DNA of 64,000 bases. Source: Ostrea edulis. Its lineage: Eukaryota. Positions 49,136 to 62,420 of the stretch are shown one piece after another. Position 1 is the first letter of the stretch; every line of letters starts with the position of its first letter. The position numbers and the translations under genes are program-made. The stretch covers positions 55,118,001 to 55,182,000 of the forward strand of contig NC_079169.1 of the NCBI RefSeq assembly GCF_947568905.1, given 5' to 3'. The notes beneath the pieces are model-generated. The model saw only the letters and a program-made list of their open reading frames with translations. It did no database searches and had not been told where the DNA came from.

Positions 49136-49914
49136 ATATTTTCGTGAGGAACAAAAATAGGGGCTTGGTAGGACATTTACTGGATCCAGCAATGTATCTT
49201 TGTAAGGGTTTTAATGAAGTTTAGGAATCCAGTATAGGACATACACACGGTAACTCATATTCATGCATCTTTCTTTGTAAGGGTTTTTGTGAAGTTTAGG
49301 AATATGACAATAAGCCGTTTTACTATTTATTCCTCTCTAATTTAAAGAGATATATCTTATTTTAAAGAGATATCTTGATTACAAAAGAGAGAAAAATTCT
49401 TGATGTTTATTAGTACTAATCGGCTTTCGTAGCAATGGTGTTTTTCGTCCAAACTTTTGAAGGATGGGGGTTAAAATATACCACATGTATCTCTAAATAT
49501 ACTTTTAATTTTCAAACTACGGCAAAACATCGCGTATCATAACCTATTTCTAAATCCGTCCAATGCTTCACTGTCATATGACGAGGATTTGATGACGATT
49601 TTCGTGTTCCGATTAATGACCATGTTAAAGTCGCAACTTCTAAACAATTACGGATTGTAAAGAAAATTTGACATAATAAGGAAAAAAATGGAATTCAGCC
49701 ATTTAATTAAACGATTGAAATATTATATATATTATTTCACAGTATTAATGCTGTTTATGATATTCTTTGAATACAGTATTGGAAAATTGAACGAATGTAT
49801 TTCCGGTTTTATCCGAACTTCAGTTTCTAGGTTTCCGTATTTCGTAATTCCCTATTGTAAACAAAGGTATTTATAGTTGAGCTGCCATTAGTTCAGGAAC
49901 AGAAAGAAAAGAAA

Positions 49915-52900
49915 ATGTCAGGTAAGTCAAAGACTCATAGTGATTAACAAAGTGATATATCGACAGTTGGTTGCAATAAGTATTGTAACTCGATCTACCT
50001 AGATAATTTTGTAACGGTGTCGAATCCAATCACTTGTTAAGGTGTCCAACACAACTGTGACAAAAGTCTGAACAGTTCAACGGAGTGAGAGAGAGGTTTT
50101 CAATATAGAAATTGAAATGAAATGTACAATACAAATCTATTGGAGAGCAAAAGCACAGGAACCGGTAACTTTGTCTTATTTATTAGGGATGGTATGGTAT
50201 AGACCCCATACACTACACTACTGAGACGATTCAGCCTGTATCCATAAGGCATATTAAAGAACAGGCAATTTTGTCAGTAATAATGATAGTAAGGATCTAT
50301 ACCATACCATGAAGCAGCATGCAGAACGCCTCTATGGACCACAGGTGCTTGGGTCATAATATGTTTTACGGCGTGACCGTGTTTGAGGGCGAAGCAAACA
50401 AATTTTGGAATTGGTATCTATATCCAAAACAGAACAAAGACAACCCGAAGTTAGCACGAGGACGGAACTGTATCAAAGCATCATAATTTTGGATATTTGA
50501 TCCGCCTACATATTGAACGCGGGAAATATAACGCAATTGATGTAAACTGTACATTGTGACGTCATATTCAGCGTCGTTATATAGGAAATTTACAAACATA
50601 GCGTTTGAACCACAACAACAAACATGGCGTTAATCGTGGAGTGATTATACATGATTAAGAAAATAAGATTTACATGCTTTTACGAATTTTATGTAACATC
50701 TCAGAACGACATGAACTAGGGTAGACGAGATTCAAAATGGAGAAATACATGTCCACGCGATAATATTCGAATCGACGTCATTAGTACCAAACTTTTCAAG
50801 TTCCATAGGTATGGTTTAATTTTTCATTATTTCCCTATATTTTCCTTTTAAACATGTATATACGTGTTACCTATAGGGAGAGCTCCGCTCTCACGGCCCT
50901 TCGGGCCGTGAGAGGGCTTTGCCCTCTAATATATGAATACACATCTAACCTTATACATATGTACAGTAAATAATCATATATTATGAACCAAACACCTGTG
51001 CTATGGACGAGGGTTTGGATGTCCTCACAGAACATGCTAATTCGTTCCAGTCTCTGATGGTGCAGGGGAAATATAGGAAGTTATAAACCTCCCTTCAAGG
51101 CCTTGTTACTCTTGGTTGTTGAACTTCAACACATCCCTTTTTTTCTACTGTCTCCTGGTGCACTTGGTAGTCATGCAGCCTGGGACATGTACTTGTTTGT
51201 GACAAAGCGGACATCCTTTGTTGTACTGCGGACCTGATGGTGTGGATTTCACACTGTGCTAGCATATTCCAATGTTGGCCAGACCATAGTCTAATAATCC
51301 ATTGATCTAATGTGAGGCTTGGATTTATGGAAATTTTGTTTGGTTCCAACAGAGCTTGTGGTGGATGGTCACGCCTAGATATATGACACTGTCAACTTCC
51401 TCCAAGAGTGTGTCTGTGCAGTGTGTAATGGTTATATATTGTCTATAAAACTGATAAGGATGAGAATGTGTACAATTATATAAAAGATTCCACACTTTAG
51501 GAAGGAATCCCAAATCATTATAATTGCTTGATTTCCAAAATGCCCCATGTGCAAAATGTCATCTCAATTGTGGGATCATAGAAATACTAGATAAGATAGC
51601 AAGGATTTTTAAGTCTGTAGAGGGCCGAAATTCAACCCCATTCCCAATGCTGAAAAGTAGGTGTTTTTCGCAAACGGATGCCTAAAAAATTCCCGAATGA
51701 TGGATGCTTTGATGAGAATATGCCATGAGGGAACATCCAACCTCTGTGCCACTCTGATGCAAAAAATTTGTGACAGTTTTTTCTTTGCCAAATACAGGAA
51801 ATTAAAGCTTGTTTAAGCCAGCCACATTGTTGATAAAATATCAAATGGTTAACTTTTTGCTTGTTTTTCTTATTTATTTGTATGAAACAAATTTCCCAAT
51901 CAATCAAACATCACTATTTTCCCCAAAGTTGAAGGCCCAGGCCCCTGGATTCAAGGGGTAAAAAAATCCCTGGATAGTGAACTTATGATAGAATAAGAAA
52001 ACATATAAAATTTCAATTTTTGTCGATGTGTATACACTGGAACTACCTACCAGACTCAGTCATGCATGCAGACACTAGAGGGATATAAGGCAGTCCTACA
52101 GGAACATCACCACCAATAAAACCCGGCACCCTCTCTTCTGTTGTAAAAAAAAAAACCAACCAAATTTGGGTTTTACAATGTACCTCATATAGATCGATCC
52201 CAAATGTGGTCATCAGAGGAAATGTTATGAAAACAACTGCAAATATTCATTTATATAATTTTTATTATTATTATTTTATTCATTTATAAAGTGCAAAATT
52301 ACCTATAGTTTCTATGCGCTATGTGCAAATAATATTTGAACATGAAAATATAGGCGCCATTCCATTCATTTTGTGCGCCACCCGTTTTTACAGCACCATT
52401 CCAGTTAATGGACTCTGTTTCTGTTATCAGTTGACATTGTATATATAGCTTACAGGGAATTCTTACTTTCATTTCCCAACTATCTGTACTGTACCCTTCA
52501 TGTAAATTTTCTACTAAAGATTACCGGTATAAAGAGCATTCCCGGCCTGGGTACACAAGTTTCACTTGTAAACAATTCCCTATTTCTTGACATATCTACT
52601 GATGGGCATATCTAATTGAAGATGTCCAGGTAATTGGAGACCTACAGAAAATCTTACTATACTGTGGTTCATCCCTAAGTCTTCAATTACCAGTACATGT
52701 AGGTCTTCAATTAGACAGAGCATCTACCAATAGATCCAATGCTTTTCAATGGCCTATGTGGTACTTTGACACAGTTTAACAGACATTTGATTATCTGTCA
52801 CTATAGGTAAAGGATATCCCACACAGCCTCGCTCATATCCGGTACAACAAAGCAACATTCAGTTTGCTTATCCCCAAGCTCAGCCACAAATGCAAGCCTG

Positions 52901-54099
52901 GCAACGTGAGTACATCTATCAAATAATCATTGTCCTTCTCTGTTATTTTCAAAATGTCACCTTTTTTAAAACTTGGTTATTGAAAATAATAACTTCTGTT
53001 TTCTGACAGCGACAGCGCCACCTATGTATAGTTCTCCTAATGAGGCCCCTCCTCCCTACAGTGCTCAAGCTCCTCCACAACAGGTAAGTTTTACATCAGG
53101 TAGTGTGTCATACTTAGTAAAAACTTTGTATCACTTTGTGTAACTGTAAAAAAAATTTTTAAATTTGATTTTGCACACAATTTAACCATTATCATGGTCT
53201 TACAGATGCAAGGATACCAAGTGTATCCCCATCAGATGCAGCAAAATGTCGTGCTAACAGGACAGGGCCGGTCAGGCATTGTACAAACTGGACAGCAATC
53301 CGCCATGGCTTCCTTTGATGCTGGAGCAAGATTTGATGGCATATCTCAACCCAGAATTCCTGTAAGAAAATCTTTGCTTTTTCCCACTACAATTCTTTAC
53401 AGGAATGTTTCTTCATGATTTCTGTTTATAAGCAACATGGGCCCCTACATTCTGAAATTTTAATATTAGCATAACAGGCCCAAGTTTTAAAAAGAAATTT
53501 CAAAGTTCTTAATCTCTAGAAATAAAATCTAGTTCTTGTTGTACACATTTCATTAAATCGTACGTTGATAACTTGAAGTAAGCCTTGTGTATTCAAGCTG
53601 CCAATCAAGTAGAAAGTAATTACACGTGGACGTTCCTTGGAAAATTTAAATGGCTGGTACAGGTATTGTGTACTATTCATTGGATGTTTATAAATGTCCA
53701 TGACACTTCATTGACGATATCTTACCTGTCCACTGTTACGGTTTTAATGTTAAAGGCAATGAAGCTGATTTTATGTATAGACTGATAAAAGTAAAACAAT
53801 AATTTCAAGGAGATAATTAAAAGAAGTGTCGATTTCAACTATCATAAAATAGGAATTACAAACGAATCATTCTAATTAAGAAATATTAGAAACCATCAAT
53901 AGGTAAATTCCTACTTAATATTAAGAATATGTTTATGAGAAAGTAATGGCCGTTTTTGGTATTTTAGCCACCACCCCCAGGATACATGCCAACAGCTGCG
54001 CAGCAGGCAGTGATGCAGGGACGTCCGGTGGTAGCCACCCAGCAGAAGGCAGACTGGTTCTCAGGGACAGGGGGTGGCTACACATGGGGAGGATTGTAG
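49915..54099 (+). CDS. DAZAP2: DAZ-associated protein 2 ortholog, 155 aa, 5 coding exons
   Basis: Exons 49915-49921, 52807-52905, 53010-53083, 53206-53361, 53968-54099; total 468 nt. MSGKGYPTQPRSYPVQ..APPPYS..FDAGARFDG..IPPPPPGYMPTAAQQAVMQG..VATQQKADWFSGTGGGYTWGGL matches the DAZAP2 signature (YDAGARF, IPPPPPG, AAQxAVMQG, GGYTxW). AATAAA at 54574. Confidence 0.92.
51060..51480 (-). mobile_element. Highly decayed LINE RT fragment in DAZAP2 intron 1
   Basis: Across frames: EEVDSVIYLGVTIHHKLCWN...Y.TMVWPTLEYASTV.NPH, typical of the LINE ORF2 C-terminus. Confidence 0.6.
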
Positions 54100-54900
54100 A
54101 TAGGAAGGGTTCACTAACAGACAATCAGACAGTGTCCAGAGGGATAGAAATTAAAAAGTTATTCTCATTGTCCATGATAACAGGAATTGTCTATGTAGAA
54201 CATTATTGCAGTTTCCAGATGAATGTAGATGATTTAGGATAGTCTAATTAACACCATGCAAACTCGCTACTGTTCAGCACCACTGGTAACACTGCCAGGT
54301 ATACTTAATTTCCACAGTAGAAGTTCCTCTCAGTTATTTTATACAGACATTTTCCTATGAGATATATGTGAAGACTTGTTATTCTTTTTTGTTGTTTTGT
54401 TTTTAATTTTTCATATTTCCTTCAATTTTTTTTAATCGTTTTCTTCATAAGTGTCTAGCACTGTGTACAGGCAGTTAGGATGTATATACTGAGTACTCCA
54501 TTTATTGTCAGTTTACATGTATTTTCAAGATACTGTGATGATCATAACATATTTATACATGTAGTGTATGTATAATAAACTTGTTTTTATAAATCAGGAA
54601 TGGAATTGGATTTTGTTGTCATTTGAAAGGAAAGGCAGATAACTTTACAAATGATATGATAAAATATCAAAGGTTAAAATAATATATGCTATTTCATGGA
54701 TTTAAATAATGAAATGATGTTTCAATGTCTGATGAAGATTCCAGCTCCCTTTGATAAGTCTTTGAGCAATTGATTCAGAACTCTCAAAATCACAAGCAGC
54801 CTTACCACACTATGAAATATTCCAAAACTAGCACACTCTATTCAGGAGGAATGACCAATATTCCACCTACAATCACAATCTTCATTGTGGTGAAAGCTTT

Positions 54901-55530
54901 TTAGCTCACCTGAGTTGAAAGTTCAAGTGAGCTTTTCTGATTGCCTGTTGTCTGTCTGTAGACTTTTTACATTTATGACTTCTTCTCCGGAACCACTGGG
55001 CCAATTTTAACCAAACTTGACAAAAAGCATCCTTGGGTGAAGGGCTTTGAGGTTTGTTCAAATGAAGGGTCATGTCCCCTTGAAAGGGGAGATAACACAA
55101 AAATAGGGTGGGGTCAATTAAAAATCTTCTCAAGAACCACTGGGCCAGAAGAGCTGAAATTTACATGAAAGTTTCCTGACATAGTGCAGATTCAAGATTG
55201 TTAAAATCACAACCCCGGGTGTAGGTGGGGCTATAATGGGGGATTACAGTTTTACATGCGAATACAATGTATATAGATAAAATCCTTTAAAGTCATCTTC
55301 TCAAGAACCACTGGGCCAGGAAAGTACAAATCAAAAAATTCCATATGAAAGCTTCCTGATATAGAGCCGATTCAAGTTTGTTAAAATCATGACCCCAGGG
55401 GGTAAGATGGGGCCACAAAAGGGGATCAAAGTTTTACATACAAATATAAAGGAAAAATCTCAAGAACCACTGGGTCAGAAAAGAAAGTTTTACATAGTTA
55501 CAAATATAATGAGAAAATCTTCTCGAGAAC
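54901..55530 (-). mobile_element. Second satellite-bearing Helentron-like element (reverse of the 33015-34123 family)
   Basis: Starts ttagctcacctgagttgaaagttcaagtgagcttttctga and carries 165-bp-type monomers. Confidence 0.75.
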
Positions 55531-55569
55531 CATATAAATATTTTTAAAATAAATTTATATAAAATTATA

Positions 55570-56080
55570 AAATATATATGTCCAATATATTCCGAGTCAA
55601 ACCGGAACACGACTAACAGCGAGGATGCGTGTCCATCGCCAACAAATTAACGATCCCAGTACAAGAAATACTCCATGCAGCGAACACTTTGACACCTGTG
55701 CTAGAGGCAACTACAGCGTATTTCCATTTTATAAACTTAGAATAGAATCAACGTCCATGAGACTTGCTAAAGAAAATTATTTCATTAAACTGTTTTCTCC
55801 TAAACTAAACAAACTTTAATCAATGCATATATGAAAAATTCTGATTGTTAAAAACCTCTTAATTCATCAACTTTTATCATGTAAATGTTCATGTTTATTT
55901 TGTCCAAGTCACCTTTCCCGAACTTTTGTATTATGACGTCATGTATCTATTCCCTCCTCGCAAAGACTATCATGACGTCACAATAGACGTCTCTAAGATA
56001 AACAACTTTGTATTCATTATTTAAAATTTGTATTCACCTGAGGATGGATGTTAAAATCCAGAAAGCGCTAGTGATTTAAA
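55570..56080 (+). mobile_element. Penelope element 3' fragment: GIY-YIG endonuclease C-terminus plus 3' UTR
   Basis: YI.SQTGTRLTARMRVHRQQI..P..CSEHF..C.......FPF...RLAKENYFIKLFSPKLN-stop at 55819. Confidence 0.75.
56034..56074 (+). ncRNA. Minimal type I hammerhead ribozyme with a palindromic helix III
   Basis: TCAC-CTGAGGA-TGGAT(gttaaa)ATCCA-GAAA-GCGC-TA-GTGA: CUGANGA and GAAA core, 5-bp stem II, stem I TCAC/GTGA, self-complementary AGCGCU helix III, CUA cleavage triplet. Confidence 0.75.
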
Positions 56081-56314
56081 TATATTTTGGAACTGTAGAT
56101 TTTCCTGCTTTTTTAATTGAATTATTTTGACTGTGTGATATCAACTCTTTCTATTTGGATTATATATATATTTAAAATTGCGAAATACATGTCCTTGCGC
56201 TTACATTAGAATCAACGCCATTTTGACCAAAATTTTGAGTTCCATGAGTAATGTTGAATTTTTCATCGGAGTTTTCTATATAAATTTTCTTTTAAAACAT
56301 GTACATCTTACCTA

Positions 56315-57485
56315 TGTAACCGGAAACGAGAAACTGCAACGGACCAGACCAGGATTGGAACCCGGGCCCCCTGAATCTCTAGTCAGGTGCTCTATCAACT
56401 GAGCTATCTGGCCACCGGCGATCGAACCCCGCTGACCGCAACATTCCTCCCTCCTTAAATTGTCTCGAAGACACACAACCCAGGTTCTTTTGCCCCTGGC
56501 AAGACTTTCACCTGCAAGTCCATGTCTGGAGTTTATAAAATGTTTTGAGCACGTTCTCATACTCAAACTCTGTGCTCTAAATCGTACTCGTACTCAAAAG
56601 TGACCATTTAATAAACTTTCATAAAATCATTATCATACTCATATGGAGTACATGCTCGAGATTTTTGGAGCTTGCTCAGAGTTGTACTCAAAACAAACAT
56701 GGTTGAGTATGAGTATGGTAATTCTACCACAGGCATGAATATTACTACCCCCCTTTATTTTGATAATTTTTTTTGTGGCAATAATTTCTCCGATACGTAT
56801 ACATATATATATATATTTATTATACCGGTAGAAGGCCAATCTCTAAAGCTTACAAAAAGCGTGAAACGATTACATGAATCGAAAGAGGGATGAGATAGAC
56901 TGGGAATTCACACATTTCAGAGAAATTATAGCCACAAATTTTTTTTTTTTATAAAGGGGGGGGGGGGGTTAGTAATATCTATACTTCAGGTGCCTTTGAA
57001 TTTTATAACCTCCAGGCCAGGGGTGGTCAACGGCACCAAATGTAACCAGAAAGGAGAAAATGCAATGAACTAGACCAGGATTTGAACCCGGGAGTACTGA
57101 GCTAACTGCCATCAAATATGGTTGACCGCTACAATGTACATTCCTCCCTTCTTAAATGCCCTCGCACTCGAAAACATCAACCCAAGATCTTAATCCGTTG
57201 GCAGGCATTTTCGTGAACATGTCAGTTCCAGGGGTAGCCTTAGTACATAAGTCCTCGAGCTCGCGCTTCATACTTCACCGCATATTGAGGCCTTCGTAAC
57301 GTAGTGCAGTAGGCTGTGACGTCATAGCTATTCCAGGGGCTGGTCACGGCACCAGATGTAACAGGAAGGGAGAAAATGCAACAGACCAGACCGGGATTTG
57401 AACCCAAGCCCCCTGAATTCTCTAGTCAGGTGCTCCATCAACTGAGCTATCTGGCCGCCGGCGATCGAACCCGGCTGACTGCCAC
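56315..57485 (-). mobile_element. Three related repeats with tRNA-derived segments (56315-56560, 57012-57238, 57333-57485)
   Basis: Reverse complement GGCCAGATAGCTCAGTTGATAGAGCACCTGACTAGAGATTCAGG..GGTTC[C/A]AATCC has A and B boxes embedded in shared flanks. Confidence 0.65.
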
Positions 57486-58860
57486 ACCTATATATAGGGA
57501 GAGCTCCGCTATTCGGTCAGTGGTCTTCACCTCTAGGGCTTCACCATCTATAACTAATAGTAAACTATATTGTCTATATGAGCTTACAATTTCAAGTTGT
57601 CATGCGAAGAAACTCTTGACAGCCTTGCAGATAAAATATCTTCCGTCAGTTCCGAGCAAAACCTCCCACATTCGATGTTAGCCAATTTAAACTTGAGTTG
57701 ATGTAATCTCGGCTGAGATTCGGCTTGGCTGAATCTCAACCGAGATTAGAGTTGATGTTGTCTTTTTCCTAACTACTTTTCCCATTTTGTTTTGTTTTGC
57801 CCACTGCGAGATGATAAGTACTTTCTATCACTGGCAACATTAAATTGATAATTCAATTTTTAAAAAAAATGTCTTTCTGTCAACAACCTACATGAATGTA
57901 TGAATACTTTGTTGACAGAAAGAATTTTATTATTATTATTATTATGATATAGACTTAAAACGTCAATTACCTCTGCTATACCCATACATAGAGACAAGCA
58001 GTGTGAATCAAGTCAAGTAGGCCTAGTAGAGCCTGCTGCATATTTACAAAAGCTAATATATATCTATATAGGCTCTTTGAAATCGACTCAAACATATTTA
58101 TACAACATTATACATAATATTAATCAATACACATGAATAATGCTTGCACATCGGAAGGTCTCGGGAACCAGGCTAGATGGTTAAGAGGATTTGACAGCTG
58201 TCTGTACACGTCCGGATAAGTTGGGAATTTTTAATCTAGTCATGAATATAAATAGACCAATACTTTTTGCTTCGCCCCCAAACACGGTCACACCGTAAGA
58301 CGTATTAGTTAGTGAATAATGCTAGAACATTCGCTTTTTTTTTTATATTCACGAAAATTTAAATTGTGAAATGGATTGACTGGATATATAGCTAGTCTCC
58401 CCCATAACTCTGGGTAGAGATTGAGAAAAATTTCATGTTGTCAAGCACGCCTTGGTCAGATCAGCCTCATTTTCGGACCTAGTCTTGATCATCCAGACGT
58501 TTGTGGTAAACAACGTAGTGTGAGGTAAGACAAAATGAGTATAAAATGATACCGAAAGCTTGTCATGCACCAAAATATTTTATAATGAATTGTGATGCAC
58601 TAAGAATGTTTTTAGAAGTCAAAGAGTATTGGGAGTTCAAGTTTACAAGCAACCTGCATTTGTCTAGAATACAGGGTCACTTCATACCCTGACCACTTTG
58701 TACCGAGGTTTTTTCGTACCATAATTGCCTCTAGCTTTGAGATTCACTTTGCACCCAGTAAGCAGGGTAGGAGGTGGCCCTAAAACACTTTGAGTTGTGT
58801 CAAGCAAATGTGGACCTTTGGAATGAAATTTTCGGAAATTGGTTTTATTTGTTTCTGAAA

Positions 58861-58910
<50 letters not shown>

Positions 58911-59216
58911 TTTCATGATACGTCATCTTGAAATACTTTTGATACCAAATTAAAAAAACAACAACAATTCAATGAAAGAGATAATTAATTCAATATTGTG
59001 GGTATGTTGAATTGAATATATATAACTCTAACTGATTACACAATTAAGTTTTGCTCTCAATTCTCTAAAACAATTATTGCTCACATCAATTAAATTAAAT
59101 TATAATTGAATTTGTATAATTACATGTATGCTGCTGAATTAATGTGCACAATAATTGAATTGTTGCTATTTTGAAATAAATTATTAATGATATCAATATT
59201 TGATTTAGTTAATTAA

Positions 59217-60057
59217 GGTAGCTCACTAAATCAGGGGCCCGTTTCACAAAAAGGTGTTTTTTAAGGGCGTAACTTAAGCCGAATAACTATTATTTACGCC
59301 AAAATTTAGGCCGGCATAAATTGAATTTCACAAAGGAACGTAATACTGGACGTAAATCCGAGATAGTACACCTGCCTAATACCAGATTTTGAGCATGTGC
59401 AATTGCAATATGTTTTTGGCTTCGAGACTATTTTAAAACATTGAGGTGGATCAAAATAGTTTTAAAAGCTCTAATTAAAAGGAATTATAAACGAATTTTG
59501 CTGAGAAATTAAAGAAATACAGACCTTGGAATGCAATTCAAAAGACAATTAATGAAAATCATGTGTTTTTTTCCTTCAAAAAATGCATAGTATTTTTTTG
59601 CCTGTTTTACATAATTATATGAACATACTATATATCTTAAGTTTAATGATCATTAAATCATTTCGTGCTTATTCGATAAACTCTTTCAAGGTGTAGTGAG
59701 CCACCTTAAGGTAACTCACTACACTCTTTATGACACTACGTCACAAGATTGCGATTTAAATGTTTTGTGAAATTATTATATCGATCAATTTGTTTGAATA
59801 TTGCATGTCTATCATCGTAGCTCAGTGGTTAAAGCATTGGGCTAGTGGACTGCAGATCTTGAGTTCAAATCTGCCAGAGTATTTTGTTCATATGCGTTGA
59901 AATACTTTTTTTTTTGAAAATCATGTTTTTATGCAAATTTGCATATTTTTCTGCCTTTTTGGCATATATACTTATTAATATATATATCATTATATCTTTT
60001 ATGATTAAATCAATTTGTACTGATTTGAGAAACTATTTCAGGGTGTAGTGAGCCACC
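59217..60057. mobile_element. Two adjacent Kolobok-type MITEs (59217-59705 and 59710-60057) sharing one TTAA
   Basis: TTAA-GGTAGCTCACTA...GTGTAGTGAGCCACC-TTAA-GGTAACTCACTACAC...GTGTAGTGAGCCACC-TTAA. Confidence 0.8.
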
Positions 60058-60344
60058 TTAAAAGGAATAGCACACATCAATTCAAATTGCATGCAATAAT
60101 TAAATTAATGCTCGATTTTCTTCTGAATCAAATGAAATGCTGTGAACATTATATCAGTTAATGCAATAATTGAATTCTCTCTTCAATACGCCGGTTTCGA
60201 GATACGTCGATCCGAGTTATTTCTCTTTGGAGAACTCTCATACATTGTAAGGTGAAAAAACAACTTGTTCACATACAGGAGTGGGACAAATATTCATCGC
60301 TGCATAAGTGAATGCATGTGCTTAGTAAGTTTATCAACTGACAA

Positions 60345-60887
60345 CTCAACTGTATGACAAACGGGATGATTTCAGCTTCTCCATCGTCAACTTCCCACAT
60401 TTATGTAGCAATATTCCATTATCACCTGCATATGGTGTTTATATATCTCAACTGATTTGATATGCAAGAGCTTGTTCTGGGTATAGTCAGTTTTTAAATC
60501 GAGGTAAGCTACTGACAAACAAGTTGATGGTACAGGGATTTCAACAGTCTCGATTGAAGTCAGCATTTCGCAAATTCTATGGTCGTTATAATGATCTAGT
60601 TCGTCAATACAACCTCGCATTGGGTCAAATGCTGTCTGACGTGTTTCATACCGATTGTTAAGCCGTTCTTGGCACACTGATTTTGACTGCGGATGACTCC
60701 GTTTACCTGATCAGGATATGGGGCTCACGACGGGTGTGACCGGTCGACAGGGGATGCTTACTCCTCCTAGCTAGGCACCTGATCCCACCTCAGGTGTGTC
60801 CAGGGGTCCGTGTTTGCCCAACTATCTATTTTGTATTGCTTGTAGGAGTTATGAGATTGATCACTGTTCGTTATCTTCACCTTGCAT
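60345..60887 (+). mobile_element. 5'-truncated Penelope-like element (RT thumb + 3' end)
   Basis: LYDKRDDFSFSIVNFPHLCSNIPLSPAYGVYISQLI*YARACSGYSQFLNRGKLLTNKLMVQGFQQSRLKSAFRKFYGRYNDL, then the family 3' terminus. Confidence 0.88.
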
Positions 60888-61489
60888 ATGCGGCATTTAC
60901 CCGATTTCGACTGATACACAATCTAAGTAAATGATAAGTGTTTAAATAGTAATTTTAAAATACTTGGAATTCTTATTAAATATCACATTATTTCGTTGCA
61001 CCTACCTAGTATCATATCTTAGGATTTTACTTGCAAATATGGCATTTGTATTTATGTTCCCACTTTAGTAAAACATTTCTTTTGATAGTATTTCATATTT
61101 CATACATTTAAATTTAAGTATTTAAAGAGAAGTCGGTTTTAATTACATTTTATATCATCTTTCTCACTGACTGTAAGATCCACTCTGTCCCACTTGTAAC
61201 ATTCAAAGTTCCACTAAATGCACCTCCTACACAGGAAAGTTCTAATCTCGAAACTGGCGTATTGAAGTAATAATTGATTATATAGGGCAGGCCAAGTCAA
61301 TCTGATTAAAATAAAACCTTGAATCACTTAATTGCTCAATATAATATACAGATAGTCACAGCAACTGTCTATATATACTGAGGAAATTAAATTAGAGGTT
61401 TGATTTTAATCAGACTGGGGCGAAGAGAACAGTGTCCCTAATCTAAAATTGTATGCACTCACATTGAAAACAGCCCAATGAGCTCATCC

Positions 61490-62420
61490 AAATTTATGTA
61501 TTTTTAGGTCACATGAGTGACTTGCTGCATTTGGTTAATTGTTGTCTGTTAACAATTGAACATTTTTTAATTCGCGGATCTTGATAACTACCATTCCAAT
61601 TCTTTTCAAATTTGGTATGCATGAAGCATCATTTGGACAAGGGGGACATAAATAATGAATTTCAGGGCTCTTTGGGCCTTAGGGGCAGGACAAAAACTAC
61701 CAAAAAATAAACAATTTTCAAAATCTTCTAGATACAAGAGCACATGTATAAGACACACTAAATACATTAAGTAATGTAGAGGAGGAAGGCCTCTACCAAA
61801 ATTGTAACTTTCATGATCCCTGGGGTAGAAGTTCTGACTCCATGTTGGGGCCAAACTTGGTATATATATGTAGTGTTTATGTGTAAAATACTTTAAAAAT
61901 ATCTAGTCTTCTTTAGTGCTATTGATACTAAATTAAAAGGATGGGGTCGAGATGATCGGTTATTACATGTAAATATATGTGAACATTAATACAATCATTT
62001 TTAACTAGAATCTTGATAACTGCCATTCCAATTCCTTTCAAATTTGATATTTAAGCATCTTTGGGACAAGGGGGACATAAATTGTAAATTACAGGACTCC
62101 TACTCTCCTAGGGCCTTAGGGGCGGGGCAAAAATTGACCATTTCTCAAAAATCTTCTTCTCTACAACAACATATCTTTAAGAAAAACTAAATGCATATAG
62201 TGATAATTAGTGCAGAAAGCTAGGCCTCTACCAAAATTGTAAATTTCATGATCCCTGGGGTAGAGGTTCTGATTCCAGGGTGGGGCCAAACTTGGTATGT
62301 ATATATAGTGTACAGTTGTGTACATGTGAAAAACATATAAATGATATCAGCTGCTTTAATGCTATTTATACTAATTTGAATTAAACTAAATACATGTAGA
62401 TATTTAGAAGGAGTAAGTAG
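61490..62420. mobile_element. Satellite-bearing non-autonomous element (same family as 44690-45310)
   Basis: Two long repeats of gcctctaccaaaattgtaa[c/a]tttcatgatccctggggtag...ggggccaaacttggta, shared with the Kolobok intron insertion. Confidence 0.6.

Noticed and set aside
50366-50599. 77-aa minus ORF in DAZAP2 intron 1
   Set aside because: No motif; its end (acggtcacgccgt hairpin) resembles Helitron-like 3' termini at about 19580 and 58286, so it is probably repeat sequence.
1376-54099. Idea that RhoBTB-A/B, the SPRY gene and DAZAP2 form a ubiquitination gene cluster
   Set aside because: Only thematic; MOXD1 and about 14 kb of repeats intervene, and no shared regulatory or synteny evidence is visible in the sequence.
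60458-60460. In-frame TGA in the PLE RT as a possible selenocysteine (reported for some Naiad elements)
   Set aside because: The other copy (near 42680) has CGA (Arg) here, so this is simple CpG decay.
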